A stretch of 53,327 nucleotides of DNA from Clostridia bacterium (GTDB taxonomy: Bacteria; Bacillota; Clostridia; Oscillospirales; CAG-382), in NCBI GenBank assembly GCA_017563195.1, contig JAFXDO010000037.1, positions 1 through 53,327 on the forward strand, in the 5' to 3' direction. The position numbers and the translations under genes were made by a program. Shown here in pieces: positions 7,352 through 16,532 of the stretch (position 1 is its first letter; every line of letters starts with the position of its first letter). Under the pieces are notes generated by a model that was given only the letters and a program-made list of their open reading frames with translations, was not told the DNA's origin and did not search any database.

Positions 7352-10138
7352 TTATTTCTTTTTCTTTTTGACTATCGCAACCACGACAACGATCACGGCT
7401 GCTGCGGCTGCTGCGGCGAGTATTATAGGCAACGCTTTGTTGCTCTTATTTTCCTCGGATTCACCGGATTCGTCGATTATGCTTTCCTCGGGATCATAGC
7501 GGTTGTAAGCATCGATTGCATTCGTAAGCTCGGCATACAATGCTTCAAGGTTTGCGGTAAACATAACCGATTCATTAAGATAAGCAGAAAGCTCGTTACT
7601 CTTGGTGCGTATCTCCCTAAACGAGGGATTATCCTTATCTCCGTTTGTAAGAATATATTCTGCATCCTTGATTATCGCATTATAGCGCGCCTCGTCGAAG
7701 CTGTATGCGCGGAACTCGCAGATGCCGCCGCTGTAATAAGTGTTCCAATCTGCCATATACCAGCGTTTGAGCTGTACGTACTTGATATATCTCGCTTTAA
7801 CGGAGTTTTCAAGCTTTATCACGTCGGTTTGGCGCATACCCTCGGTCGTATCCGATACCTCGTAAATCTTTTCAAAGCTTTCACCGTCTGTCGATGCGTA
7901 TATCTCGTACTGCGGCACGCGCTCGAAGAAGTCGATCTCGATCACCGACAGGTCGTATTCCTTACCAAGATCGAGCATCAGCCATTGTGTGTCGACGTCG
8001 CGCGCGAAGGAAAGCCTTGTGTTTTCGTTGCCGTCAACAGCCATTTCTGCGGTAAATCTGCCGTCGTTGACCTCCAGTCCCGAAACCGTCGCGTGTGCAT
8101 TATAAGCGACATTCGCCTTTGCAAGGATGCTCTTTGCGTCGACCGCATAAGGGACGACCTTGATATTGTCGATGCTTCCCTTTGTGCCCTTGCCGATTTC
8201 TGCAAGAGGTATGGTCAGGGTATTAAGCTTGGTGCCGTTCCTGTTAAGATCGTTTTTCGGCGCATAAAATTTTTCGCCGTTCACAGAAAGATAGGTGTTC
8301 TTAAGGTCGCTCGAAAGACAAATATGCGTCCTTTCATTAAGCGGTATCCGATAATCGAACACAAACGTATAGAATTCGGTCTTATAGCCGAAATTGCCCC
8401 TACCGTCTGCATCGGCAAGTATCTCTACCCCGTCGCCCGAAAACAGAGGCGAGTCGTTTATCTCGGTCAAGGTTACGTCAAATTCAAGAGTATTGGGGAA
8501 TCCGACCGCCTTTGGGGTAAGCGTCAGGTAGGATTCACCGTCGAGCAAGAATTCACCGTCCTTGATATCGCCGTAAAGCGCAGCATATTCGGGTACGTTG
8601 GATTCAAAATCGACAAGCAGTTCACTATCAACCAACGAATGTCTTCCCGGATCGGCATCACCCGCCCTCAAAGACAGAGTCTCGAAACGGGATATGAAGT
8701 CCTTTACGTCTCGATTTGCGGTATCTTCACCGCACCAGCTCTTTTCCGATACGAGGCATACCATACCGCGTAATCTGTCGAATATGTCAAATTTGGTTAC
8801 ACCCAAATATTCGGTATGCAGATCGTTCCACAAAGCGAAGCAGGCACCGAGGAGACGCTCGTCGTCGGGATCCATTTTACATTCCCTGTTATACATATCG
8901 AACATATTTACCTGCCAATTGCTATACAGGTATTCAAGATCGAAATAATCGGGAAAGCCGTAATTGGTAGTGGGAACCGTGTAAAGTATCATATTCACGG
9001 TGTTGATCACGTCAAAATCGCTTTCAAGCACCTTGTCAAGTCCCGAAATGTTAACGTCCCAGAAGTTCATTTGAGCATTTTGAGAAATAGGCGTTTCACC
9101 CGGGAAGCCCGCCTCTCCCAATCCGCCCCAGAAGCGCGGTGTATATCCGAGCGAATTTACGTAATCGATAAGCTCGTCTGTATACTTACGCATCTGCTCG
9201 GCGTATTCACGCGGGTATTCGTCGGTACCGATATGCACCACCTTTCCGACAAACACGGGGTCGTCGCCGGTCATATACTCGGCGAAAAGGTTCTTTACAA
9301 ACTCAAGTGTTTCGGGCTTCGAAATATCGAGACAGCGGTTATTACCCTCGAGGTAAGGAGGGGGATTTTCCGCTTTGGAATAACAGCTCGAGTGGAACGG
9401 GGTGTCGATCTCGGTGACGACGGTCACGCCGTATTCAAGCATCTTCTTTTGGTATGCGCGGTATTCGTCCTTGGTGTAGTAGCCGTCCTCAGACGAAAGC
9501 CCCTTGACATCGCTTTCAAGGCGGAAGCCCGAATAGCCGTTTGCGCCGTCGTCGTTAATATGGAGATGTATTTCATTCATCTTGAAATACGCCATATAAC
9601 GAGTAATCTCCTCAACGTAGTCGAGAGGGATCCACGCCCTGCCGACGTCGAGCATACCCGATCTTACCTCATATTCGGGATAATCGACAGCTCTGCCGCA
9701 GGGGAATTCTTTATCTGCAGTAAGGCACTGCACGACGGTAATACCGCCGTAGAGAAGCCCTGTATCGGACGACGCCTTAACGTTGATGGCATTTTCCTCG
9801 GCTACAAGCTCATAGCCCTCGCCCCCGACGCTTGAAGCAAGGCTCTCGTCAAGCGTGAATATGATTTCATTGCCGCCGCGTGACGAATCGACCGTTTCGA
9901 GCTCAAGCGAAAGCATCTCCTTAAAGAAAGTCGAAACCTTTTCGACCGAAGCTGAGCCCGAAACGTTTACAAGCACGGTATTTGAATCGGCAACAAAGCT
10001 GCCGCTTGAACCATACCATTCACGTATTGAGGGAATTACTGTGGGAGCATCATTAACGCTCTTTTCTGCAAAAGAGGATATTGAAAGCGGGTTCAACATA
10101 AATATCACCGTTAAGATAAAAGCGCAAAATCTTTTCAT
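7352..10138 (-). CDS. Membrane-anchored GH20 beta-N-acetylhexosaminidase with F5/8 (CBM32-like) domain
   Basis: Signal peptide, RSGMLDVGR, HLHIND, EIDTPFH, HIGTDE, discoidin-like AVDGN...WLMLDLG...ARYIKY, C-terminal TM followed by KKKK. Confidence 0.9.
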   Translation of the reverse strand: MKRFCAFILTVIFMLNPLSISSFAEKSVNDAPTVIPSIREWYGSSGSFVADSNTVLVNVSGSASVEKVSTFFKEMLSLELETVDSSRGGNEIIFTLDESLASSVGGEGYELVAEENAINVKASSDTGLLYGGITVVQCLTADKEFPCGRAVDYPEYEVRSGMLDVGRAWIPLDYVEEITRYMAYFKMNEIHLHINDDGANGYSGFRLESDVKGLSSEDGYYTKDEYRAYQKKMLEYGVTVVTEIDTPFHSSCYSKAENPPPYLEGNNRCLDISKPETLEFVKNLFAEYMTGDDPVFVGKVVHIGTDEYPREYAEQMRKYTDELIDYVNSLGYTPRFWGGLGEAGFPGETPISQNAQMNFWDVNISGLDKVLESDFDVINTVNMILYTVPTTNYGFPDYFDLEYLYSNWQVNMFDMYNRECKMDPDDERLLGACFALWNDLHTEYLGVTKFDIFDRLRGMVCLVSEKSWCGEDTANRDVKDFISRFETLSLRAGDADPGRHSLVDSELLVDFESNVPEYAALYGDIKDGEFLLDGESYLTLTPKAVGFPNTLEFDVTLTEINDSPLFSGDGVEILADADGRGNFGYKTEFYTFVFDYRIPLNERTHICLSSDLKNTYLSVNGEKFYAPKNDLNRNGTKLNTLTIPLAEIGKGTKGSIDNIKVVPYAVDAKSILAKANVAYNAHATVSGLEVNDGRFTAEMAVDGNENTRLSFARDVDTQWLMLDLGKEYDLSVIEIDFFERVPQYEIYASTDGESFEKIYEVSDTTEGMRQTDVIKLENSVKARYIKYVQLKRWYMADWNTYYSGGICEFRAYSFDEARYNAIIKDAEYILTNGDKDNPSFREIRTKSNELSAYLNESVMFTANLEALYAELTNAIDAYNRYDPEESIIDESGESEENKSNKALPIILAAAAAAAVIVVVVAIVKKKKK

Positions 10139-10154
10139 CGCTTATCATTCCTTG

Positions 10155-10538
10155 TTATTTATTGAGCTTCGCATAGGTCTTTTCGGTAAAACGCTCGGAT
10201 AAAACAATGAAGCGCTCGTGTATACCCTCACCGATAACACCGCATTCGTCGGACGCAGACACGTTAAATACAAGGCGTCTGCCATCGCGCTCTATCAGCT
10301 CAGCCGTGGCTGAGACGTTCATTCCGACAGGTGTTGCCGCAAGATGCTTAACGTTCAAAAGAGTACCTACAGAGGTTTCCTCTTCCGATAAAACGCCCTC
10401 CAATGCGACACACGCCGCCTTCTCTATCAACGCAAGCATAGCAGGAGTCGCGTACACGTTAAGACTGCCGCTTCCGACAGATTTTGCAGTATTGTTTTCA
10501 GTAACCGCTTCGTTTACGGTTGCTTTGATATTTTCCAT
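10155..10538 (-). CDS. Fluoroacetyl-CoA thioesterase (FlK)-like hotdog thioesterase
   Basis: GSG.L.V.ATP.M.ALIE, TSVG...VKHLAATPVG, GEGIHERF. Confidence 0.88.
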   Translation of the reverse strand: MENIKATVNEAVTENNTAKSVGSGSLNVYATPAMLALIEKAACVALEGVLSEEETSVGTLLNVKHLAATPVGMNVSATAELIERDGRRLVFNVSASDECGVIGEGIHERFIVLSERFTEKTYAKLNK

Positions 10539-10628
10539 AAAATTCACCCTTTTTGATTGATATTTAAAGTTTATCATATCGCAGATATACTGTCAATCGA
10601 AAATATTTTTATTTTTTTAAAAAAACTA

Positions 10629-10657
10629 TTGACAAAATTGGTTGGTTGTTATAGACT
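10629..10657 (+). promoter_or_regulatory. Putative sigma-A promoter of the blaI-like operon
   Basis: TTGACA-17 bp-TAGACT. Confidence 0.55.
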
Positions 10658-10748
10658 AATAGCGAGGTTGGTGATCGCAAACCATTTCGGCCGAATGGTT
10701 GGCATCCGCAAACCCGTGTGCACACAAATAAACAACGAAGGTGAAATT

Positions 10749-11111
10749 ATGGAAAATTTGAAGTTATGCGAAAGCGATTACCGTTTTATGTCGGTCATTT
10801 GGGATAATGAGCCGCTTCCTTCCGGAAAGCTTGTCGAGCTTTGCAATGAAAGGCTCGGCTGGAAAAAACCCACGACCTACACTACGCTGAAAAAGCTTTG
10901 CGAAAAGGGATTTGCGCAGAACAAGGACACCGTTGTTAGCGCGCTCATTCCCCGCGACAGAGTGCAGACCTATGCGAGCGAGCATTTTGTCGAGCATACC
11001 TTTGAAGGATCGCTTCCAAAATTTCTTGTTTCATTTCTCGGCGGCAAAAAGCTGAGCGAGGACGAGGCGGAGGAATTGAAGAAGCTTATCGACGAACACA
11101 AGGAGGATTAG
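10749..11111 (+). CDS. BlaI/MecI/CopY family transcriptional repressor
   Basis: LCESDYRFMSVIW, WKKPTTYTTLKKLCEKG, FEGSLPKFLVSF, LSEDEAEELKKLI. Directly upstream of an M56 peptidase. Confidence 0.92.
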   Translation: MENLKLCESDYRFMSVIWDNEPLPSGKLVELCNERLGWKKPTTYTTLKKLCEKGFAQNKDTVVSALIPRDRVQTYASEHFVEHTFEGSLPKFLVSFLGGKKLSEDEAEELKKLIDEHKED

Positions 11112-11112
11112 T

Positions 11113-12900
11113 ATGGTAGATTTTTTCAATACCATACTTGAAATGAGCGTCAAGGGCGCGGTAGTTGCACTTGTCGTTATGCTCCTGCGCGTGATTCTTT
11201 ACAAGGCACCGAAGAAGTATTCCTATCTTCTTTGGGGCGTTGTCGGATTTCGACTCGTTTGTCCGATAAGCTTTGCGTCGGTTATGAGTATATTCAGAAT
11301 CGCGTCTCCGAAGGCTCCTACGTTGCCCGGCGTCGGCGGCGATATAGTCGTCAGCAGAGGTAATGAGTTTGGCATTTCGGTAGACAGTGACGATTTTGTA
11401 AGCAACGGATTTGCAAGCGTCGAATTTGCTCAAAAGCTTGATTTTATCGATATCTTCAACAGAATTGTAATGATAATATGGGTCATCGGAGTGATCATTG
11501 CACTCGGTTACAATTTCGTTTCGTATTTCAGGCTTAAGGCAAGGATGGAGTTTGCGGTACGCTACAAAGACAACGTTTTTATGTCCGAAAGCGTCAGCTC
11601 GCCGTTTGCTTTGGGTTTTTTCAGCCCAAGGATATACCTGCCCTACGGTCTCGACGACAACACGATGGAGCAGATAATTGCCCACGAGAAATGTCATATC
11701 AAAAGGCTTGACCATATCGTAAAGCCTCTGGCGTTTCTGATACTTTCAATACATTGGTTCAATCCGATTTGCTGGTTGGCTTTCAGGCTTATGAGCCTCG
11801 ATATGGAAATGAGCTGTGACGAAAAGGTTCTGAAAATTCGAGGAGATGAAGTCATGAAGAAAAACTATACGAGAGCATTGCTCTCTTTTGCAAGCAACAA
11901 GCGCTTCCCTGCCCCGAGTCCCATTGCATTCAGCGAAAGCAGCGGAAACGCAAAAAAGCGCATCAAGCACGCACTTTATTGGAAAAAGCCCAAGCTGGCT
12001 GTAAATCTCATTTGCATTTTCATTTGTGTAGCCGTCCTTGTTGCCTGTGCGGCAGATGCAGGTGACTACAAATGGAAGGACGTAAAGACCGAAGTCTTCG
12101 GCGACGTACCCTACAACATAGTTTACGTTTCGAACGGCGACGGCACCTGCTACGTCAGCGAGATACGAGTTGATAAGGATCACAACGGCAATATTCACCT
12201 TGTTATACCCGAAAAAGCTCCCAACGGCGACACGGTAACGGCGATAAAAAACCACTGGGGACTTACAAGCGGCGAAACAAAGGTCAACCTTCCGACTTAT
12301 CTTACCTTTGACAGCATGAAGGCGATAATCAAGCGCATCGAAACTGCGGACGTCAAAGCGACGACGGTCGGTCGATTCACCTACGGAAGCTCTACCGAGC
12401 GTGATGCCAAGATCTTTAACGCGTTTTACGCCGAAAGGATCGGTGACGACGGTACGGGCTACTACGAGCTTGAGCCTTTTATGAATCTCGAGGAAAAGAA
12501 CAGACTTGCGTATATGCTCGATTTCTACGGATACGACGAGGAGGCGTGCTACGAGGACACAGTCAGCTTCCTTAACAGCCTTAAGGTCGAGGACGACGTA
12601 CGTAACAGCTTCGCACGCGAGGCATTCAAGTATATGTATCATTACGGAAGCAGCATTACCGAGATCACTCTGCCCTCAACCGTGAAGCTTATCGACTACG
12701 GCTCGTTCGACGGCTGCAACAATCTTAAAAAGGTCCGTGGCATCAGCGACGACTGCGAATTGTTCGTCTATGCAGAGCAGCTCACGACCGGTCTGCAGGC
12801 AGACTATACGGTGGTTATCAACGGAACTCCCAAGGAAAAGCTATACAGCGACGTTCCCGATCACGATGCGAACGAAGACTTTATAAAAGCGCTTGACTAA
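11113..12900 (+). CDS. M56 family (BlaR1-like) metallopeptidase with a non-penicillin-binding C-terminal domain
   Basis: HEKCH zinc motif, HWFNP, EMSCDE, KKRI. C-terminus has BspA/LRR_5-like pieces (EITLPSTVKLIDYGSFDGCNNL). Confidence 0.9.
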   Translation: MVDFFNTILEMSVKGAVVALVVMLLRVILYKAPKKYSYLLWGVVGFRLVCPISFASVMSIFRIASPKAPTLPGVGGDIVVSRGNEFGISVDSDDFVSNGFASVEFAQKLDFIDIFNRIVMIIWVIGVIIALGYNFVSYFRLKARMEFAVRYKDNVFMSESVSSPFALGFFSPRIYLPYGLDDNTMEQIIAHEKCHIKRLDHIVKPLAFLILSIHWFNPICWLAFRLMSLDMEMSCDEKVLKIRGDEVMKKNYTRALLSFASNKRFPAPSPIAFSESSGNAKKRIKHALYWKKPKLAVNLICIFICVAVLVACAADAGDYKWKDVKTEVFGDVPYNIVYVSNGDGTCYVSEIRVDKDHNGNIHLVIPEKAPNGDTVTAIKNHWGLTSGETKVNLPTYLTFDSMKAIIKRIETADVKATTVGRFTYGSSTERDAKIFNAFYAERIGDDGTGYYELEPFMNLEEKNRLAYMLDFYGYDEEACYEDTVSFLNSLKVEDDVRNSFAREAFKYMYHYGSSITEITLPSTVKLIDYGSFDGCNNLKKVRGISDDCELFVYAEQLTTGLQADYTVVINGTPKEKLYSDVPDHDANEDFIKALD

Positions 12901-12903
12901 AAA

Positions 12904-12931
12904 AATCACCCCAAGAATTCTTGGGGTGATT
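12904..12931. terminator. Bidirectional terminator (28-bp perfect palindrome)
   Basis: aatcaccccaagaattcttggggtgatt between convergent genes. Confidence 0.8.
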
Positions 12932-12940
12932 ATTTATTGT

Positions 12941-13702
12941 TTAGCCTAAAAGCACGTCGGTCGCAAGCATTATGCAAAAGCCTACAAGCAACGAATAGGT
13001 TGCGCCGCGCTCGTTACCGTGGGCGTGTGTTTCGGGTATCATTTCATCGCTGATGACGTAAAGCATCGTGCCTCCTGCAAACGCAAGCGCAAACGGAAGT
13101 ATAAACGTCGCCACGCTGACTGCAAAATAACCGATAAAGGTTCCTATAACCTCGATCACACCTGTAAATGCCGCACACATGAAGGTCCTGCGCGGAGATA
13201 CGCCCGCAGAAAGCATCGGGCCGATTATGACCATACCCTCGGGTATTTTCTGAAGCGCGATACCGCCCGCAATAAGCAGCGCCTGCGTATTATCGCCCGA
13301 GCCGAAGCCTACGCCCGCAGCTATGCCCTCGGGCAGGTTGTGAATAGCTATAGCAGTCACGAACAGCAGCACCTTATCTACGTTTGTGTGTTCGTGCGAT
13401 TCGTTGTGGACGTCGTCGGAGCCGATCATCTTATGCAGGTGCGGAACAAGCTTATCGATGAGATTCAGGCAAAGTGCGCCTGTAAAAATTCCTGCAACCG
13501 TGATAAGCAATCCGTATTTTCCGCCGTATTCCAGAGAAGGAAGCACAAGACCCAACACAGCAGCTGCAAGCATTACCCCTGCCGCGAAGGAAAGGACGAT
13601 ATCTGAAAATTTATGTGATATTTTCTTAAAGGCAAAGCCAATGAGAGATCCGAACACCGTTGCGCCACCAACTCCGAGCGCGGTGATCAAAACCATTTCC
13701 AT
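12941..13702 (-). CDS. ZIP family (ZupT/GufA) divalent metal transporter
   Basis: FAAGVML, HNLPEG, QKIPEG, FAGGTMLYV..EMIPE, His-rich loop. Confidence 0.92.
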   Translation of the reverse strand: MEMVLITALGVGGATVFGSLIGFAFKKISHKFSDIVLSFAAGVMLAAAVLGLVLPSLEYGGKYGLLITVAGIFTGALCLNLIDKLVPHLHKMIGSDDVHNESHEHTNVDKVLLFVTAIAIHNLPEGIAAGVGFGSGDNTQALLIAGGIALQKIPEGMVIIGPMLSAGVSPRRTFMCAAFTGVIEVIGTFIGYFAVSVATFILPFALAFAGGTMLYVISDEMIPETHAHGNERGATYSLLVGFCIMLATDVLLG

Positions 13703-13761
13703 ATAATCCACCTCGTTAAAGAGAGATCGGGAAGGAATTTTGATCCTCCCCGATTATTATT

Positions 13762-13977
13762 TTATGCGTTATCTGCAGAGGGCGCCATCATAAGCTCGGA
13801 GATGATGTCGAGAACCTTCTGATGACAGCCGCCGCAGCCGGTAGAGCACTTCGTTGCGAGCTGTACGCCCTTGAATGCCTCGAGTACGCTCGGGAAGGTT
13901 TCGTGGGTGTGAAGCGCATCCTCGATATCGCCGTAGCTGACCTGCATACAATTACATACCATATAGTTTTCTTTCAT
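13762..13977 (-). CDS. Bfd-like (2Fe-2S)-binding protein
   Basis: VCNC...TKCSTGCGGC cysteine pattern. Confidence 0.85.
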   Translation of the reverse strand: MKENYMVCNCMQVSYGDIEDALHTHETFPSVLEAFKGVQLATKCSTGCGGCHQKVLDIISELMMAPSADNA

Positions 13978-13989
13978 TTAATTTACCTC

Positions 13990-14145
13990 TTATTCTTCGC
14001 TGAAATTGTCCTTGCCGACGCCGCAGAGCGGGCATTCAAAGTCTTCGGGAAGGTCAGAAAACAGGGTGCCGGGCTCGATTCCGAAGTCGGGAGCACCGAG
14101 CTCCTCGTCGTATTCCCAGCCGCATACCTCACATACGTACTTCAT
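13990..14145 (-). CDS. Rubredoxin (51 aa, below the ORF-track cutoff)
   Basis: Hand translation [60 protein letters not shown]. Confidence 0.95.
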   Translation of the reverse strand: MKYVCEVCGWEYDEELGAPDFGIEPGTLFSDLPEDFECPLCGVGKDNFSEE

Positions 14146-14163
14146 GTCAGTTGTCTCCTTTTA

Positions 14164-14544
14164 TTAAAGTTCGGTCTTCCACAAGCCGTGGAGATTGCAA
14201 TACGCGTAAACAGCAACAGGAGTTTCCCCCTCAAGTGCAAACACAACGTTGGGTGCATCGCCTGCATTGAGGCACTTTCTCTGTCCGCCTCTGTCGGTCT
14301 GAAGGTATACCCATTCGATAAGATGCTCTTCGGTCATGGGATGATCTACCGAGCCTACGTTTACGATAACCTTACCGTTTTCAACGGTGACAACGGGAAT
14401 ATGCTTTTCCTTACTTGCTTCAACGGTACCGGGAACGATATGTGTCATCTTCTTGCCGCAACACATCATCGGAACACCCGATTCGTTTATCATCCCCACG
14501 AGATTACCGCAGGTCTCACATACAAAAAACTTTGCTTCTTTCAT
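14164..14544 (-). CDS. dfx: Desulfoferrodoxin / superoxide reductase
   Basis: CETCGN...CCG, EKHIP, HPM...HLIEW, YCNLHGLW. Confidence 0.93.
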   Translation of the reverse strand: MKEAKFFVCETCGNLVGMINESGVPMMCCGKKMTHIVPGTVEASKEKHIPVVTVENGKVIVNVGSVDHPMTEEHLIEWVYLQTDRGGQRKCLNAGDAPNVVFALEGETPVAVYAYCNLHGLWKTEL

Positions 14545-14576
14545 AGCTAATTTCCTTTCTAAGCTGTTATATTGTT

Positions 14577-16376
14577 TTATTCTATAGGTTCAAAATCACT
14601 TGCGGGGTGCTTGCAAAGCGGGCAGATGAAATCGTCGGGGATCGGGTCTCCCTCATAAACGTATCCGCAGATCTTGCAGACCCAGCCCTTCTTGCCCTCT
14701 GTTTCGGGCTTGGGCTTAACGTTGCTCTGGTAGTAGCTGTAGGTCATCGTTTCAGCGTCCGAAATGACGCGCGACTCGGTTATCGAGCAGATAAACATTC
14801 CGTGAGTATCAAGATCAACGTACTGCTCGACCTTCAGGGACATAAACGAGTTAATGTACTTGGGAAGGAACACGAGCCCGTTATCCGAACGAAGGGGTGT
14901 GCAGTTGGCGAATTTATCAACGTTTCTGCCGCTTTGGAATCCGAAGGTCTCGAACACCTTAAAGGGCGCCTCGACCGAGAGGCAGTTGACGTTCATAATG
15001 CCGGTCTGCTTGATAACGTGATGCGAGTAATTATCCTTATTGATGGTTACCGCGATCCTATTGGGAACGTTGGTGACCTGAGAAACCGTATTAACTATAA
15101 GGCCGTTATCCTTCTTACCGTCGTTACTCGTAACCACGTAAAGTCCGTAGCCGATCTTGAACAGCGCGGTAAGGTCGTTTTTATTCGCGGTCGCATCCTG
15201 ACGTGCAAGGTATTCCTTGCAAAGCTCGTCGGCAAGTGCATCGATCTGCTTATTGCTTTCATCATTGATGGCGGACATTATCCTTACTGTATTGTCTGCA
15301 AAGGTGATATTTTTGCTGTTTTCAAGCATCGATTTCATAACCTTTGCCGCCAAAGGCGCCCAGCTGCCGTTTTCGATAAAAGCAACGGTACGGTTCTGAT
15401 AGTTACGTTCGGTGAGGTGATTGATAAACTCACGCATAAACGGGAAAATATCTGCATTGTAAGTCGTGGTTGCAAGGACAAGCTTTCCGTAACGGAAGGC
15501 ATCCTCTACAGCCTCTGCCATATCGCAGCGTGCAAGGTCGTTAACGACCACCTTGGGGCAACCGTTTGCCTTAAGCTTTTCGGCAAGCTTCATAACAGCC
15601 TTTTTGGTGTTGCCGTACACCGAGGTGTAAGCGATTACGATACCGTCGGATTCGACGCCGTAGCTCGACCAGGTATTATACAGGTCGAGATAATAGCCGA
15701 AATTCTCGGTAAGAACAGGACCGTGAAGCGGACATATGATAGAAATATCCAGGCCGGATGCCTTCTTAAGAAGCGCCTGCACCTGTGCGCCGTACTTACC
15801 GACGATTCCGATATAGTAGCGTCTTGCCTCGCAAGCCCAGTCCTCCTCGACGTCGAGAGCGCCGAATTTGCCGAAGCCGTCTGCCGAAAAGAGAACCTTG
15901 TCGGTGCTATCATAGGTTACGATAACCTCGGGCCAATGAACCATAGGAGCGGTCACAAAGGTAAGGTTATGCTTACCGAGAGAAAGCGTACTTCCCTCGC
16001 CTACTACGATCTGTCGCTCTGCAAAGTCGGTTCCGAAGAAATTCTTCATCATAGCGAACGCCTTTACCGAGGAAACGATCTTTATATCGGGATAAGCCTT
16101 GACGAAGTTGAAAATATTTGCCGAATGGTCGGGCTCCATATGCTGAACCACAAGATAATCGGGCTTTCTGCCGCCGAGCAGGTTTTGAATGTTATCGAGC
16201 CATTCGTGACCGAAATTGGCGTCCACCGTATCCATAACCGCGATCTTTTCATCAAGTATTAGGTAGGAATTGTACGCCATACCGTTGGGAACAACGTACT
16301 GTCCCTCAAAAAGATCAACGGAATGGTCGTTTACGCCAACGTATTGAATATCGTTCGTTATCTTCATAATAGCCAT
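14577..16376 (-). CDS. Flavodiiron protein fused to flavin reductase and rubredoxin domains
   Basis: HMEPDHS, HWPE, SADGFG, PLHG, flavodoxin TSVYGNT, flavin-reductase GYGLYVV...THGMFI, C-terminal CKICG...CPLC. Confidence 0.9.
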   Translation of the reverse strand: MAIMKITNDIQYVGVNDHSVDLFEGQYVVPNGMAYNSYLILDEKIAVMDTVDANFGHEWLDNIQNLLGGRKPDYLVVQHMEPDHSANIFNFVKAYPDIKIVSSVKAFAMMKNFFGTDFAERQIVVGEGSTLSLGKHNLTFVTAPMVHWPEVIVTYDSTDKVLFSADGFGKFGALDVEEDWACEARRYYIGIVGKYGAQVQALLKKASGLDISIICPLHGPVLTENFGYYLDLYNTWSSYGVESDGIVIAYTSVYGNTKKAVMKLAEKLKANGCPKVVVNDLARCDMAEAVEDAFRYGKLVLATTTYNADIFPFMREFINHLTERNYQNRTVAFIENGSWAPLAAKVMKSMLENSKNITFADNTVRIMSAINDESNKQIDALADELCKEYLARQDATANKNDLTALFKIGYGLYVVTSNDGKKDNGLIVNTVSQVTNVPNRIAVTINKDNYSHHVIKQTGIMNVNCLSVEAPFKVFETFGFQSGRNVDKFANCTPLRSDNGLVFLPKYINSFMSLKVEQYVDLDTHGMFICSITESRVISDAETMTYSYYQSNVKPKPETEGKKGWVCKICGYVYEGDPIPDDFICPLCKHPASDFEPIE

Positions 16377-16468
16377 TCCTTTGAATTTGTTGTCTTCATT
16401 ATATCACATTTTTTCATTTTGTAAAGGGGGTTTTGTGAAATTTATTGATAATTTTTCTTATTAAGAAC

Positions 16469-16505
16469 AAAAAACAAGACCGCAGATGCAGTCTTGTTTC
16501 TTTTT
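16469..16505 (-). terminator. Intrinsic terminator
   Basis: aaacaagac-cgcagatgca-gtcttgttt flanked by A and T runs. Confidence 0.65.
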
Positions 16506-16532
16506 GATTATTGTTGCTTTTTCAAAAGCTTA

